Assembly: GCA_016935435.1 (NCBI GenBank)
Contig: JAFGQZ010000014.1
Span: forward strand, 41,532-105,531
DNA length: 64,000 nucleotides
Direction of reading: 5' to 3'
From: Bacteroidales bacterium
GTDB lineage: Bacteria > Bacteroidota > Bacteroidia > Bacteroidales > UBA10428
In this document: positions 9,227 to 19,398 of the stretch, piece after piece
Position numbering within the stretch: position 1 is the stretch's first letter
Layout of the letters: each line of letters starts with the position of its first letter
Notes under the pieces: model-generated
The model's database searches: none
The model's input: the letters and a program-made list of their open reading frames with translations, nothing else
What the model was told of the DNA's origin: nothing
Made by a program: the position numbers and the translations under genes

Positions 9227-10342
9227 ATGAACATAGCTTTCGATGCCAAAAGGGCATTTCTGAACAGGAGCGGACTGGGCAATTACAGCCGCCTGGTTAT
9301 TCAATCTATGATGAAATATCACGGAGAAAACAACTATTTTCTGTTCACACCATCAGTTCACCCAAAAATATTCAACCCGACAGATTTTGTTTACGCTGAA
9401 GTTCGTACGCCCTATAAGCTTCATCAGCGATATTTTAACGCTGCCTGGCGAAGTTTCGGCATAGCCGGCGAACTGGGGAAAGACAAGATTTCGGTGTATC
9501 ATGGGTTAAGCGGCGAAATACCCCACAAAATCCACAATTATGGGATAAAATCGGTAGTTACAATCCACGACCTTATTTTTTTACATTATCCTGATCTGTA
9601 CAAACGAATCGACAGGAAAATATATGAGAAAAAATTCCGCTATGCCTGTACCAATACCGACCGGATAATTGCCATCAGTGAGCAGACCAAAACCGATATT
9701 GTAAACTTTTTCGGCATTGATAAACAGAACATAACCATCTTGTACCAAGGGTGCCAGGAAATTTTCCAACATGAAGTACCTTTGGGGCAAAAGCAAAGTG
9801 TTAAATCGAAATACGGGCTGCCCGATAATTATGTTTTATATGTTGGTACAGTTGAAAAGCGAAAAAACCTGATGTCGGTTGTAAAAGCCATACACGAAGG
9901 AAAAATTGACACTACCCTGGTGGTAATTGGCAGACAAACTAAGTATAGTGCATTGGTTAGTGAGTACATAGTTAAGCATAAACTTAAAAATATCCGGTTT
10001 CTCGAAGGAGTGTCGAATAGCGAGCTTCCGTCAATATACCAGGCGGCTACAGTATTTGTTTATCCTTCGCTTTTCGAAGGTTTCGGAATACCGATTATCG
10101 AAGCATTATATTCCGGGGTTCCGGTTGTTACATCAAAGGGCGGGTGTTTTGCCGAAGCTGGAGGCCCCGGTTCGTGTTATGTCGATACCAGTAGTCCCGA
10201 AGCCATAGCCGACGCTATTAAACAATTGTTGTCGGACGAAGAGCTCCGCCGCAAAATGATTGATGCCGGGTTAAAATATGTGCACAAGTTCGACCATGAA
10301 ACCCTTGCCGGCCAGTTGAACTCAATTTATCAATCTCTATAA
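9227..10342 (+). CDS. glycosyltransferase family 4 (GT-B, glycos_transf_1)
   Basis: C-terminal signature YPSLFEGFGIPIIEALYSGVPVVTS. Typical length. Confidence 0.8.
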   Translation: MNIAFDAKRAFLNRSGLGNYSRLVIQSMMKYHGENNYFLFTPSVHPKIFNPTDFVYAEVRTPYKLHQRYFNAAWRSFGIAGELGKDKISVYHGLSGEIPHKIHNYGIKSVVTIHDLIFLHYPDLYKRIDRKIYEKKFRYACTNTDRIIAISEQTKTDIVNFFGIDKQNITILYQGCQEIFQHEVPLGQKQSVKSKYGLPDNYVLYVGTVEKRKNLMSVVKAIHEGKIDTTLVVIGRQTKYSALVSEYIVKHKLKNIRFLEGVSNSELPSIYQAATVFVYPSLFEGFGIPIIEALYSGVPVVTSKGGCFAEAGGPGSCYVDTSSPEAIADAIKQLLSDEELRRKMIDAGLKYVHKFDHETLAGQLNSIYQSL

Positions 10343-10344
10343 AA

Positions 10345-10908
10345 ATGAATAACGATATTTTGCGCGCCCTTGAAGTTCTTCGTAATGGCGGGCTGATTTT
10401 ATACCCGACCGATACTATTTGGGGCATTGGTTGCGATGCCACGAATACCGGAGCAGTTGCAAAAATTTACGACATAAAAAAAAGGGCCGACAGCAAATCG
10501 ATGTTGGTACTTGTCGATACCGAAAACCGGTTGGCACAATATATCGACAAAGTTCCGGAAATTGCATGGCAATTAATAGAAGTTGCCGATAAACCAATGA
10601 CCATAATTTATCCGGGGGCAAAAAACCTGGCAGAAAACCTGGTAGCTGATGATGGAAGTGTTGGAATACGCCTTGTTAAAGACGAATTTTGCAAGAAACT
10701 TATCGAACGGTTTAAAAAACCGATAGTTTCCACATCGGCCAATATCAGTGGCGATAGGCCACCGGCTGTTTTCAATGATATTCCCGAAGAAATTAAACAG
10801 GGTGTCGATTATATCGTTGAGTGGCGACAGGACAATTTGTCGCATGCAACGCCATCATCAATTATAAAAATCGATGCATCGGGGAGGTTTTCAATAATCC
10901 GCCATTAA
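10345..10908 (+). CDS. tsaC: L-threonylcarbamoyladenylate synthase (YrdC/TsaC type)
   Basis: ILYPTDTIWGIGCDATN, KRADSKSMLVLV and STSANISG motifs. 187 aa, so the short TsaC form. Confidence 0.8.
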   Translation: MNNDILRALEVLRNGGLILYPTDTIWGIGCDATNTGAVAKIYDIKKRADSKSMLVLVDTENRLAQYIDKVPEIAWQLIEVADKPMTIIYPGAKNLAENLVADDGSVGIRLVKDEFCKKLIERFKKPIVSTSANISGDRPPAVFNDIPEEIKQGVDYIVEWRQDNLSHATPSSIIKIDASGRFSIIRH

Positions 10909-10953
10909 ACTGCTTTAGCCCTAATTATTGGCAGTAACTATAAATAGCGCAAT

Positions 10954-11598
10954 TTAAAACTGTTTGCCTGTTTTTACAGTTGTTGTCGATTGGTTCCGGT
11001 ATTTATTGATTTCATCGAGGTGTTGGCGCGCCATTTTTTGTTCGCGCTCCAAGGCCCTTTTTCGGTAAGCGTCAAATTCATCTTTTAGCTCCGAAAGATC
11101 TTTTGCATGTTGTTTTGCAGCAGAATTCCGGCCTTTATAGGCTAAATAGCCAATTGTGAGTACAATCAGCAAGCCGGTAATAATAGACCATGTAAGGGCA
11201 TTGTATTTGGCTTTTTCGATTTTAAGTCCTAAAAAACCAATGGCATTTTTCTCTTTTACAGCAGTTTCAAGCTTTTGGGAAATCTGGCCAAGCCCATTGG
11301 CAAGGGAATCAATTTGTGCTGCCTGCAATTCGGTAAGCTCCTGAAAGCGGGCAAGTTCCGATTTAAAGTGCTGAAGTGAATCCAGGGAATGCCTTTTCAG
11401 CTTTTCTAGCCAGGAGGCACGTACAGCCTGATACTCGTTATAACGTGTAGATTTTCCGATTACAAAATCGAATTGTTGTTTTACGGTTCCGGAGTCGATT
11501 ATTTCCTGGGAAAAACCAGTGCAATGTATTGACAATAAAAACATTAGAAAAATTGCCGCAGCCGACTTTGGCATGGATAAACGTAAATTCATAATCAA
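10954..11598 (-). CDS. hypothetical membrane-anchored coiled-coil protein
   Basis: Signal peptide, coiled-coil-like central part, one TM segment (LTWSIITGLLIVLTIGYLAY) and a basic C-terminal tail. No family recognised. Confidence 0.5.
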   Translation of the reverse strand: MIMNLRLSMPKSAAAIFLMFLLSIHCTGFSQEIIDSGTVKQQFDFVIGKSTRYNEYQAVRASWLEKLKRHSLDSLQHFKSELARFQELTELQAAQIDSLANGLGQISQKLETAVKEKNAIGFLGLKIEKAKYNALTWSIITGLLIVLTIGYLAYKGRNSAAKQHAKDLSELKDEFDAYRKRALEREQKMARQHLDEINKYRNQSTTTVKTGKQF

Positions 11599-11775
11599 AT
11601 ATTTTAGTAGTTCGTGGTTAAATAATTAACGGTAAGGTTCAGTCAAAATTGTATATGCAATTAATCTGGGCCCAAAAAATTATTTTAACCACTTTTAAAA
11701 TAGTATTAAAATTAAAAGATACTAAAATAAATTAGAAACATACAAGCCTGGAAGCCTTAATACACAAAGAAGTTA

Positions 11776-12102
11776 TTAACTGCAACTATTGCCGGAATGG
11801 TTTAATGTATTATTGTTGCCGGCTTTTTTATACATTTTTTTTCGCCAATCGTTCTTAGGCGGAACCGGATCGTAACCGCTGGTTCCCCAGGGGTTGCATC
11901 GCAATATGCGATGAATGCCCAACAAAAGTCCTTTCAGGGGGCCATGTACTTTAAGGGCTTCAATTGTATATTGCGAACATCCGGGAATATGCCGGCAGCT
12001 GTTTGGCAACAAAGGGCTTATGGCATATTGATATACCTTAACCGGAAGTATCAGAATATAAGTTAAAGCACTTTTTATAAAGGCAAAAAGTTTAATAGCC
12101 AT
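11776..12102 (-). CDS. yidD: membrane protein insertion efficiency factor YidD
   Basis: [49 protein letters not shown] matches the YidD signature. Its ATG overlaps the queD stop by 11 nt. Confidence 0.8.
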   Translation of the reverse strand: MAIKLFAFIKSALTYILILPVKVYQYAISPLLPNSCRHIPGCSQYTIEALKVHGPLKGLLLGIHRILRCNPWGTSGYDPVPPKNDWRKKMYKKAGNNNTLNHSGNSCS

Positions 12103-12502
12103 TGTATTCTATAAAATTTCGTTCGGTTTCGTAGAGCACTACCGAAAGTTCCAGATCGTAATTGATTTCGCAGCGCAGTATATGCCATATAACTACTGCA
12201 ATATTTTCTGCTGTAGGGTTTAGATCGGCAAATTCAGGTAAGTCGAGGTTAAGGTTTTTATGGTCGAAACGTTCAATAACCTTGTCGTGAATTATTTTTT
12301 TGAGGTATTTCGTATCTACAACATAGCCGGTTTCTTTATTTATTTCACCGGTTACTTTTACAACCAAATCGTAATTATGCCCATGAAAATTTGGGTTATT
12401 GCACAAGCCAAAAGCTTCTTGGTTTTTCGCAAAGCCCCATTTTGGGTTAAACAACCGGTGTGCTGCATTAAAATGCTCTTTACGGCATACTGTAGCTTTC
12501 AT
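12092..12502 (-). CDS. queD: 6-carboxytetrahydropterin synthase / 6-pyruvoyl-tetrahydropterin synthase family
   Basis: FNAAHRL and [11 protein letters not shown] (Cys plus HGH zinc/catalytic motif). 136 aa. Confidence 0.75.
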   Translation of the reverse strand: MKATVCRKEHFNAAHRLFNPKWGFAKNQEAFGLCNNPNFHGHNYDLVVKVTGEINKETGYVVDTKYLKKIIHDKVIERFDHKNLNLDLPEFADLNPTAENIAVVIWHILRCEINYDLELSVVLYETERNFIEYNGY

Positions 12503-12693
12503 AACGTACTATTAAATATTATAGTTTAAAAATCGGGATGATTTATAAAATTAACAATCGTAATAAACAAAAGTTCCCTAAAGGTGCAATTGCTTGAGAA
12601 TGTAGTTTAATTAATTTTGTTAAAAAACGTTTCAAAAGTGCAAAAAATTTTGTTAGCTCTTTGGCACTTTTTACTTAAGCAAACAAGTTGAGT

Positions 12694-12999
12694 ATGGAGC
12701 GATTATTTATATACGGAACACTTCGAATTCAAAACCTCAGAAAGAAACTTACCGGCAGAGAAATAACTTCTTTTGGCACTGATAGTCTTTCAGGTTTTCG
12801 GTTATCAAAAATATATAGCGAAGGCCAGTATTACCCTATAATTATTGACGATTCTTCATCAAAACAAATTATAGAGGGAGAAATAATTGAAGTTACTGTA
12901 AGCGAATTAAAAAAACTTGACTGTTATGAAGGTTCTTTCTATAAAAGAAGAAAAGTTGTTCTGAACAGTGGAATTGTTGCATGGGCTTATACCCAATAA
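12694..12999 (+). CDS. gamma-glutamylcyclotransferase (AIG2/GGACT-like) family protein
   Basis: N-terminal LFIYGTLR motif and small size. ATG at 12694 is preferred over the TTG at 12688. Confidence 0.6.
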   Translation: MERLFIYGTLRIQNLRKKLTGREITSFGTDSLSGFRLSKIYSEGQYYPIIIDDSSSKQIIEGEIIEVTVSELKKLDCYEGSFYKRRKVVLNSGIVAWAYTQ

Positions 13000-13111
13000 T
13001 CATAAGCAATAAATTGATGGTTGATTAAAGATAATCTTTATGATAATTTGGCATTCTTTAATAATTATTTACATCAATTTAAGGTAATTTCGGTTATCAA
13101 ACCTGTTAACC

Positions 13112-13915
13112 GTGAAAAGAATTCTATTTCTGTCCATCACATTTTTTACCCTTTATTTGCCATTGCTCAAAGCCCAAAAAATCACAAAGGGATTTACGGT
13201 ATCGGGTATTGTTATTGATGAGAATTCGGGCAAAGCGGTTAGCTTTTGTCATATTTATAACGAAAGCAGGAGGAAAGGCTTTATTTCCGATTCAACAGGA
13301 AGATTTAATTCATACACTTCGGTTGGTGATACGCTTGTTTTTATTGTTCTTGGCTATTTCGGGAAAACATATAAAATTCAAATTAACGATACTCTTCCCT
13401 TCTACATAAAGCTTACACCACGCACATACGAAATCGGGGCAGTATCTATTGGTATTCCCCGTAATTATTCCGGGCTCAAAACAGCAATTTTAGACTTCGA
13501 TACCAGGAAAAATAAACCAATGCCCGAATTGCCGGAATACAACCCATTTATAAGGCCATTGTTGCTCGACACAAATGTTATTTACAAACCCGGGTTTATG
13601 ATCATGCACCCCGTATCGGGCATTTACTACAGGTTTAATAAAGAAGAAAAATCGAAACGACAGGTGAGATATTTGCAGGAACAGGAATTAAAACAACCTT
13701 TAGTTGATGATAAGTTCAATCGTAATTTTGTTTCGCGTATTACTGGTCTGACAGGAGACGACTTGAATAATTTCATCGGATATTGTAATTTTAGTTTTAA
13801 TTATCTTTATAATGCAACACCACTTGAAATAGTCGAAGCAATTGATAGAAAGTACAATGAATTCAAAAAATGTTGCCTCGGGAACAAAGATGAAACAAAT
13901 ACCGGTTTTGAATGA
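13112..13915 (+). CDS. carboxypeptidase-regulatory-like domain protein (secreted, function unknown)
   Basis: GTG start with signal peptide (ILFLSITFFTLYLPLLKAQ). GIVIDENSGKAVSFCHIYNES..GFISDSTGRF resembles a CarboxypepD_reg fold. Confidence 0.5.
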   Translation: MKRILFLSITFFTLYLPLLKAQKITKGFTVSGIVIDENSGKAVSFCHIYNESRRKGFISDSTGRFNSYTSVGDTLVFIVLGYFGKTYKIQINDTLPFYIKLTPRTYEIGAVSIGIPRNYSGLKTAILDFDTRKNKPMPELPEYNPFIRPLLLDTNVIYKPGFMIMHPVSGIYYRFNKEEKSKRQVRYLQEQELKQPLVDDKFNRNFVSRITGLTGDDLNNFIGYCNFSFNYLYNATPLEIVEAIDRKYNEFKKCCLGNKDETNTGFE

Positions 13916-14831
13916 CATATTTGAAGCTGCCGAAAACATAGCTCCTTTTGCACATATTACGCCTGTTTTTACATCACAAATTATAAATTCGGTTTGCGGA
14001 TGTAAAGTATATTTTAAATGCGAAAACCTTCAAAAGGCGGGTGCTTTTAAATTCAGAGGTGCAACAAATGCTTTATTAAATTCTAAGGGGAAAGACAAGC
14101 CTGTAATAACACACTCTTCCGGGAATCATGCAGGAGCCCTCGCTAAAGCATCTGCAATGCTGCATCGAAGATGTATTGTTGTAATGCCGGAAACTTCCCC
14201 CGCGGTTAAGGTGGATGCTGTTAAATATTACGGGGCAACAATTGTATTTTGTAAGCCAACTTTACAGGCACGAGAAGACACAACAAATCGGCTGATATCG
14301 GAAACTGGTGCTGAATTGGTTCACCCTTACAACAACTTTTATGTAATAGCCGGACAAGGTACTGCAACTATAGAGATGCTTTCAACAAATCCGGAAATTG
14401 AAGTTGTAATTGCTCCTGTAGGCGGAGGCGGATTGCTTAGTGGCACATCCATTGCAGCAAAAGGTATTAAACCTTTTGTAAAAGTTTATGGTGCAGAACC
14501 TGCCGGTGCCGACGATGCATACCGTTCATTTAAAGCAAGCAAGATAATACCTTCGGAAAATCCAAATACAATTGCTGATGGATTATTGACCTCTTTGTGC
14601 GATTTAACTTTCGAAGTAATTAAAAAATATACAGACAATATTTTAACTGTAAGCGAAGAATCGATTGTTTCTGCCATGAAAATGATCTGGCAATACCTGA
14701 AAATAATTGTAGAACCCTCAGGGGCTGTTTCGCTGGCCGCGATACTTGACAACAAAACTGTGTTTTCGGGAAAGAATGCCGGGCTTATTTTGTCAGGCGG
14801 AAATATAGATTTATCAAGGCTTCCGTTTTAA
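13890..14831 (+). CDS. PLP-dependent serine/threonine dehydratase family protein (serine-racemase / threo-3-hydroxyaspartate ammonia-lyase-like)
   Basis: PLP-lysine motif KCENLQKAGAFKFRGA, HSSGNHAGA, glycine loop PVGGGGLLSG. ATG at 13890 (MKQIPVLND..) is preferred over 13842 and still overlaps the upstream gene by 26 nt. Confidence 0.75.
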   Translation: MKQIPVLNDIFEAAENIAPFAHITPVFTSQIINSVCGCKVYFKCENLQKAGAFKFRGATNALLNSKGKDKPVITHSSGNHAGALAKASAMLHRRCIVVMPETSPAVKVDAVKYYGATIVFCKPTLQAREDTTNRLISETGAELVHPYNNFYVIAGQGTATIEMLSTNPEIEVVIAPVGGGGLLSGTSIAAKGIKPFVKVYGAEPAGADDAYRSFKASKIIPSENPNTIADGLLTSLCDLTFEVIKKYTDNILTVSEESIVSAMKMIWQYLKIIVEPSGAVSLAAILDNKTVFSGKNAGLILSGGNIDLSRLPF

Positions 14832-15926
14832 ACCTGCGGTTTTTTGAAGCTGCAGGCAACAACTAACCGGGAAATGGTCGGATAAATTTACCCGGCTGGT
14901 TTTATAATTTCGCGAAAAAAACCTTTTATCGTAAAAAATATAATCGATACGGTACGAAGGCAACTTTCCCCTATAGGTGTTTCCGGGCCCGCCGCCCGAC
15001 TTCCGGTATGCATCTTTTTTACTGCCTAAAAGTTGGTGATAGGTATAGGAAACAGGGGTATCGTTAAAATCGCCGCATAAAACCACAGGGTAGGGCGATG
15101 CATTCATGTGCCCGACCAATTGGTCAACCTGGTTTGCCCTTCTGACATAAGCATCGCGCAGGCGTAATGAAATATCCCTTACATCGTCGAAGCTCTTGGT
15201 ATTGCGGCTGAAAATACTATCAATTACACCGTAGTTGTCTTTCCTAAGCCTAATCGACTGGAGGTGAACATTATAAACCCTCATGGTGTCGCTATCGATT
15301 ACAATATCGCTGAAAATACACGAATTGAATGAATTACTGAACAGAATCCGGCCTTTGTTTATTATCGGGTACTTACTGAAAGTTGCTATACCATAATCGG
15401 AACCACTTTTAAAAGCATAGGTATAGCTAATATGGCAGTATGGCAGTTTCGATAAACGTGTACGGATGCTTTTTTCGGAAAGGCCTTGTTTGTTTTTGGT
15501 AAAGAAATCCTGAAAGCATACAACCGATGGCGATTCTGAACCTATAAAACCCAAAATACTGTCGCGTACCCAGGGTTCATGTTCCCATTCGAAATAATTA
15601 AACAACCTTACATTGTAGGTCATTACCCTGAAATATTTTCCATCGGGCAAATTATTATCAGAATGGTTCAATTGCACAAACCGCCCAATATAGCCGAAGC
15701 CCAAAATAATTGCAAAAATACTGAAAAACGCAAATTTTTTCCGTACAAACAACCAAATGGCGATAAAAAAAAAGTTTACCAATAATAATACCGGATATGC
15801 CAGCCCAAAGAAAGAAAAAGCCCAGACCTTTTCGGGGCTTATAAAATTCGACAGGTACGCCAGGCATAGTGCCAGGGCCATTAAAATGTTTAAAAGTAGC
15901 AGTATTTTCTTGGTCAGAGTCTTCAA
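14814..15926 (-). CDS. endonuclease/exonuclease/phosphatase (EEP) family membrane protein
   Basis: Three N-terminal TM segments, then MTYNVRLFN, LCGDFNDTP and a terminal SDHFPV motif. Confidence 0.75.
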   Translation of the reverse strand: MKTLTKKILLLLNILMALALCLAYLSNFISPEKVWAFSFFGLAYPVLLLVNFFFIAIWLFVRKKFAFFSIFAIILGFGYIGRFVQLNHSDNNLPDGKYFRVMTYNVRLFNYFEWEHEPWVRDSILGFIGSESPSVVCFQDFFTKNKQGLSEKSIRTRLSKLPYCHISYTYAFKSGSDYGIATFSKYPIINKGRILFSNSFNSCIFSDIVIDSDTMRVYNVHLQSIRLRKDNYGVIDSIFSRNTKSFDDVRDISLRLRDAYVRRANQVDQLVGHMNASPYPVVLCGDFNDTPVSYTYHQLLGSKKDAYRKSGGGPGNTYRGKLPSYRIDYIFYDKRFFSRNYKTSRVNLSDHFPVSCCLQLQKTAGLKRKP

Positions 15927-15937
15927 AATGTTTATGC

Positions 15938-16852
15938 TTATCTGTTGTTGCCCATTTTAAAAAGGGTTTCTTTTTCTTTTTTCGAAAGGCTGTCGTAGCC
16001 CGATTGGGCAATTTTATCAAGAATTTTGTCGATTTCTTTCTGTGCTTCTGCCTTCGATTTGTTATAATCTAAATCGTTCATAAAACGGGCATTGCTTTTA
16101 TGGGCAACTTTCAATTTTGGCCTGCGGAGAAATATACTTACAAGCTTGTCGGTAAATTTTGAAAAACCTTTTCCGGTATCTTTTCCGCGCCTAAGCCCTA
16201 TGGCAAACAAATAGCCGTAAAGTGCCCCTCCCAGGTGTGCCAGGTGACCGCCGGCATTGTCCGATGCAATTTGCAAAACATCAATAATAATAATAACCAG
16301 GGCTATATATTTTAACTTTGCAGGCCCTATAATAGGTATATATACCTCATAATTCGGGGCATAGGCCGATATTGCAACCACAATTGCCATAACAGCGGCA
16401 GAAGCACCCAAAGCCTGCCCGTCTGACAGTCCGGGAAAAACATTGTACGATACTATAAAAAATGCTGCTCCGGAAAAGCCCCCCAGCAAATAGGTGGTGA
16501 GGAGTTGTTTTTGGTTTAGGTAATGGAGGAATATGCGGCCAAACCAAAATAATACCAAAAGGTTAAAGAGAATATGAAAAAACCCGAAATGCAGGAACAT
16601 ATATGTAATAAGTGTCCAAGGCTGGCGCAATAGCATCAGAATATCTGAAGGAACCATCAGGTAACTCAGGTAAAAAGCCTGAAAGTAGGCCGATTTCTGG
16701 GCTAAGGGGTTCTCGTTAAAAAGAAAAAAGACCAAAAAAAACAATTGTACCAAAATAAATACGCCAAGGTTAATATAGATAAGCTTGGTTAGTGTGTTCC
16801 CCTTGCGAAACGATTCGCGTATTTCGTCGAAAATATTAGATGATTGGTACAT
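15938..16852 (-). CDS. rhomboid family intramembrane serine protease
   Basis: GASAAVMAIV (Ser) and HLAHLGGALYG (His) motifs, polytopic. ATG at 16852 (MYQSSNIF..) is preferred over the TTG at 16891. Confidence 0.8.
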   Translation of the reverse strand: MYQSSNIFDEIRESFRKGNTLTKLIYINLGVFILVQLFFLVFFLFNENPLAQKSAYFQAFYLSYLMVPSDILMLLRQPWTLITYMFLHFGFFHILFNLLVLFWFGRIFLHYLNQKQLLTTYLLGGFSGAAFFIVSYNVFPGLSDGQALGASAAVMAIVVAISAYAPNYEVYIPIIGPAKLKYIALVIIIIDVLQIASDNAGGHLAHLGGALYGYLFAIGLRRGKDTGKGFSKFTDKLVSIFLRRPKLKVAHKSNARFMNDLDYNKSKAEAQKEIDKILDKIAQSGYDSLSKKEKETLFKMGNNR

Positions 16853-16897
16853 AGTAAAAAAAAATACAAGCAAATTTATACAAAGCCACAAAAAGAA

Positions 16898-17524
16898 TTA
16901 ATACCTGCGGTATTTATTTTTCCATAACAATATTATTAAAAAGCCTACTATGGCGCCACCCAAATGGGCAAAATGGGCAATGTTGTCGAAACTAACGTTG
17001 GCCATACCCATAAAAAGCGATAACACCATAAAACCAGGTATTAAGTATTTTGCCTTTACAGGCACTGGAATAGGTATTACCATTAGTTCAACATTAGGGA
17101 ACAAGACAGCAAATGCTGCCACAATGCCCATAAGAGCTCCCGATGCCCCAACCATTGGCACCATAATGCCTTGCCGGTGAAAAATAAAAAGTTGCAGGGC
17201 TGCTGCCCCCAGCCCTGAAATAAAATACAAAATAAAAAAGCGCTGGCTGCCCAACACGTTTTCCAATACCTTTCCGAACATAAACAAACCAAACATATTT
17301 AAAAATATATGCCAGAAACCGCCATGCATAAACATGTGCGAAATGAGTTGGTAAGGCTCAAAATAGGGGGTTCCATAAGGGAAAAGGGCTAGGCGGTTAA
17401 ACAAAAACGGATAGGTCAGGTAATCCAGGATAAAAAGCACAATATTTATAACAAAAATAAACCTTGTTACCGGTGGCATGCCCGATAAAAACCCGCCGCT
17501 TCTGGTACTATAAGAAAAACTCAT
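16898..17524 (-). CDS. rhomboid family intramembrane serine protease
   Basis: HMFMHGGFWHIFLNM, GASGALMG and HFAHLGGAIVG motifs. Confidence 0.85.
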   Translation of the reverse strand: MSFSYSTRSGGFLSGMPPVTRFIFVINIVLFILDYLTYPFLFNRLALFPYGTPYFEPYQLISHMFMHGGFWHIFLNMFGLFMFGKVLENVLGSQRFFILYFISGLGAAALQLFIFHRQGIMVPMVGASGALMGIVAAFAVLFPNVELMVIPIPVPVKAKYLIPGFMVLSLFMGMANVSFDNIAHFAHLGGAIVGFLIILLWKNKYRRY

Positions 17525-17538
17525 AATTATTAATATTT

Positions 17539-19386
17539 TCAGTTAAAAAGTTTGTCAATCTCGTTTATGTTCAATATGGCCAGGATTTTTTTCCCCGATG
17601 GTGAATAATTTGGGTTTTCGCAGGCAAATAGTTCATCAACCAGATGTTGCATTTCTATCGAAGAAAGTATTTTTCCGTAGCCTATTGCCGAAGCTGTTGA
17701 CAGCGACAATGCCACCCTTTCTTTCAATGTCCCTTTCACCGTGTTTTCGGTTTGTTTGTATTCTTCAATTATTTGTTCAAGAAGCTCTTGCGGGCTGCCA
17801 TTGAAGTTACTCTCGGGCACACCATTTATTAAAACCGAATTGCTTCCCAAATCGCTAATATCGAAACCCAGACAATTCAGGTTTTCTTCTAACTGTTTAA
17901 ACACACTGTAATCTTCGTTGTTCAAATCAGTTTTTTCGGGATATAACAGGCGTTGTGACACAGCCTGGTTCATAGCCAGGTTTCTTACCTGCTGCTCAAA
18001 CAATATGCGTATATGGGCTTTTCGTTGGTCGATAATCATCAGGCCCGATTTCACCGGTGTTAGTATAAACCTCCCTTTAAACTGCAGGTAGTCGGCACTG
18101 GTGCTTTCTTGCTGGCCGGTATCTGTCTCTGGGGCGAATAATTCTGGTTCTTCATTGGGCATAGCCCGGCTGGTTGTTTCAATATTTTCAAAAAGCTTTT
18201 CCCAATGGCCGGTGGATGGCCTGTTTTGGAAAAAGTCGTTTCTATCTGTTGGGTTTCCTTGATTTTTTACCGGCTTGGTTTTGAAAGGGTTAAACGAATA
18301 GTCAACCGGTATTTCCGGTATGCTTATACGGGTATCTTTTTGCAACAGGGGTATGTCAACCACTCCATAAGTATCGAAATCAATCGAAGGCATAACGTTG
18401 GTTTTTCCAAGGGCTTCTTTTACTGCTGCCGTTATAATCTGGAAAATTGCCTGTTCGTTTTCGAATTTAATTTCAGTTTTTGTGGGGTGTATGTTCACAT
18501 CGATACTTTGCGGATCGACTTCGAAATATATGAAATAGGCCGGGAAACAATCGGCAGGCAAAATATTGTCGAAGGCTTTAACAACTGCCCTGTGGAAATA
18601 GGGGTGGCGCATGTAGCGCTGGTTGATGAAAAAAAATTGTTCGCCCGAGGTTTTCCGAGCAAATTCGGGCTTGCCTACAAAGCCCGAAATAGAAACAATC
18701 GAAGTTGAATTTTCAATACGGGTGAGGTTTTGGTTCATTTGTTTACCAAAAACATGAATAATACGCTGCCTCAGGTTTGTTTGCGGCAGGTGTATCATTT
18801 GTTGGTCGTCGTGTGTAAGCGAAAATTCAATATCGGGGTGTGCGAGCACAATACGTTCAAATTCATTAAATATATGCTTGAACTCTGTAGAATTGCTTTT
18901 AAGGAATTTTCTTCGGGCGGGCACATTATAAAAGAGGTTTTTTACCAGAAAATTGCTCCCGGTGGCACAGCTTATAGGTTCTTGTTTTTCAACTACTGAG
19001 CCCGAAAGGGTAATTTGGGTGCCGAGTTCAGAGGCAGCCTGACGGGTTTTTAAAACAACCTGGGCAATGGAAGCAATGGAAGCAAGCGCTTCGCCGCGAA
19101 AGCCCTTGGTACGTATTTCAAATAAATCGCCGGCAGTCTTAATTTTTGATGTAGCATGACGTTCAAACGAGAGCCTGGCATCTGTTTCCGACATGCCTAT
19201 GCCGTTGTCGGTTACCTGTATTAGCGATTTTCCGGCATCCTTTACGGTTACCTGTATAGAGGTTGCCCCGGCATCAACAGCATTTTCCACCAATTCCTTT
19301 ATAACCGATGCAGGCCTTTGTATGACTTCGCCAGCGGCTATTTGGTTAGCAACCGAATCGGGGAGTAATTGAATAATGTCAGACAT
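17539..19386 (-). CDS. mutL: DNA mismatch repair protein MutL
   Basis: N-terminal GHKL ATPase motifs: LPDSVANQIAAGEVIQRPASVIKELVENAVDAGA, DNGIGM, GFRGEAL. Confidence 0.95.
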   Translation of the reverse strand: MSDIIQLLPDSVANQIAAGEVIQRPASVIKELVENAVDAGATSIQVTVKDAGKSLIQVTDNGIGMSETDARLSFERHATSKIKTAGDLFEIRTKGFRGEALASIASIAQVVLKTRQAASELGTQITLSGSVVEKQEPISCATGSNFLVKNLFYNVPARRKFLKSNSTEFKHIFNEFERIVLAHPDIEFSLTHDDQQMIHLPQTNLRQRIIHVFGKQMNQNLTRIENSTSIVSISGFVGKPEFARKTSGEQFFFINQRYMRHPYFHRAVVKAFDNILPADCFPAYFIYFEVDPQSIDVNIHPTKTEIKFENEQAIFQIITAAVKEALGKTNVMPSIDFDTYGVVDIPLLQKDTRISIPEIPVDYSFNPFKTKPVKNQGNPTDRNDFFQNRPSTGHWEKLFENIETTSRAMPNEEPELFAPETDTGQQESTSADYLQFKGRFILTPVKSGLMIIDQRKAHIRILFEQQVRNLAMNQAVSQRLLYPEKTDLNNEDYSVFKQLEENLNCLGFDISDLGSNSVLINGVPESNFNGSPQELLEQIIEEYKQTENTVKGTLKERVALSLSTASAIGYGKILSSIEMQHLVDELFACENPNYSPSGKKILAILNINEIDKLFN

Positions 19387-19398
19387 GAATGCGAAATT

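Noticed and set aside
13021-13409. ORFs 13021-13218 and 13209-13409 overlapping the start of the 13112 gene
   Set aside because: They are out of frame with a gene that has a good signal peptide and a recognisable domain. They have no features of their own.
15579-16072. Overlapping ORFs at the EEP / rhomboid junction (15579-15785, 15658-16020, 15757-15960, 15869-16072)
   Set aside because: They are alternative frames of two well-supported minus-strand genes and are driven by A/T homopolymer runs.
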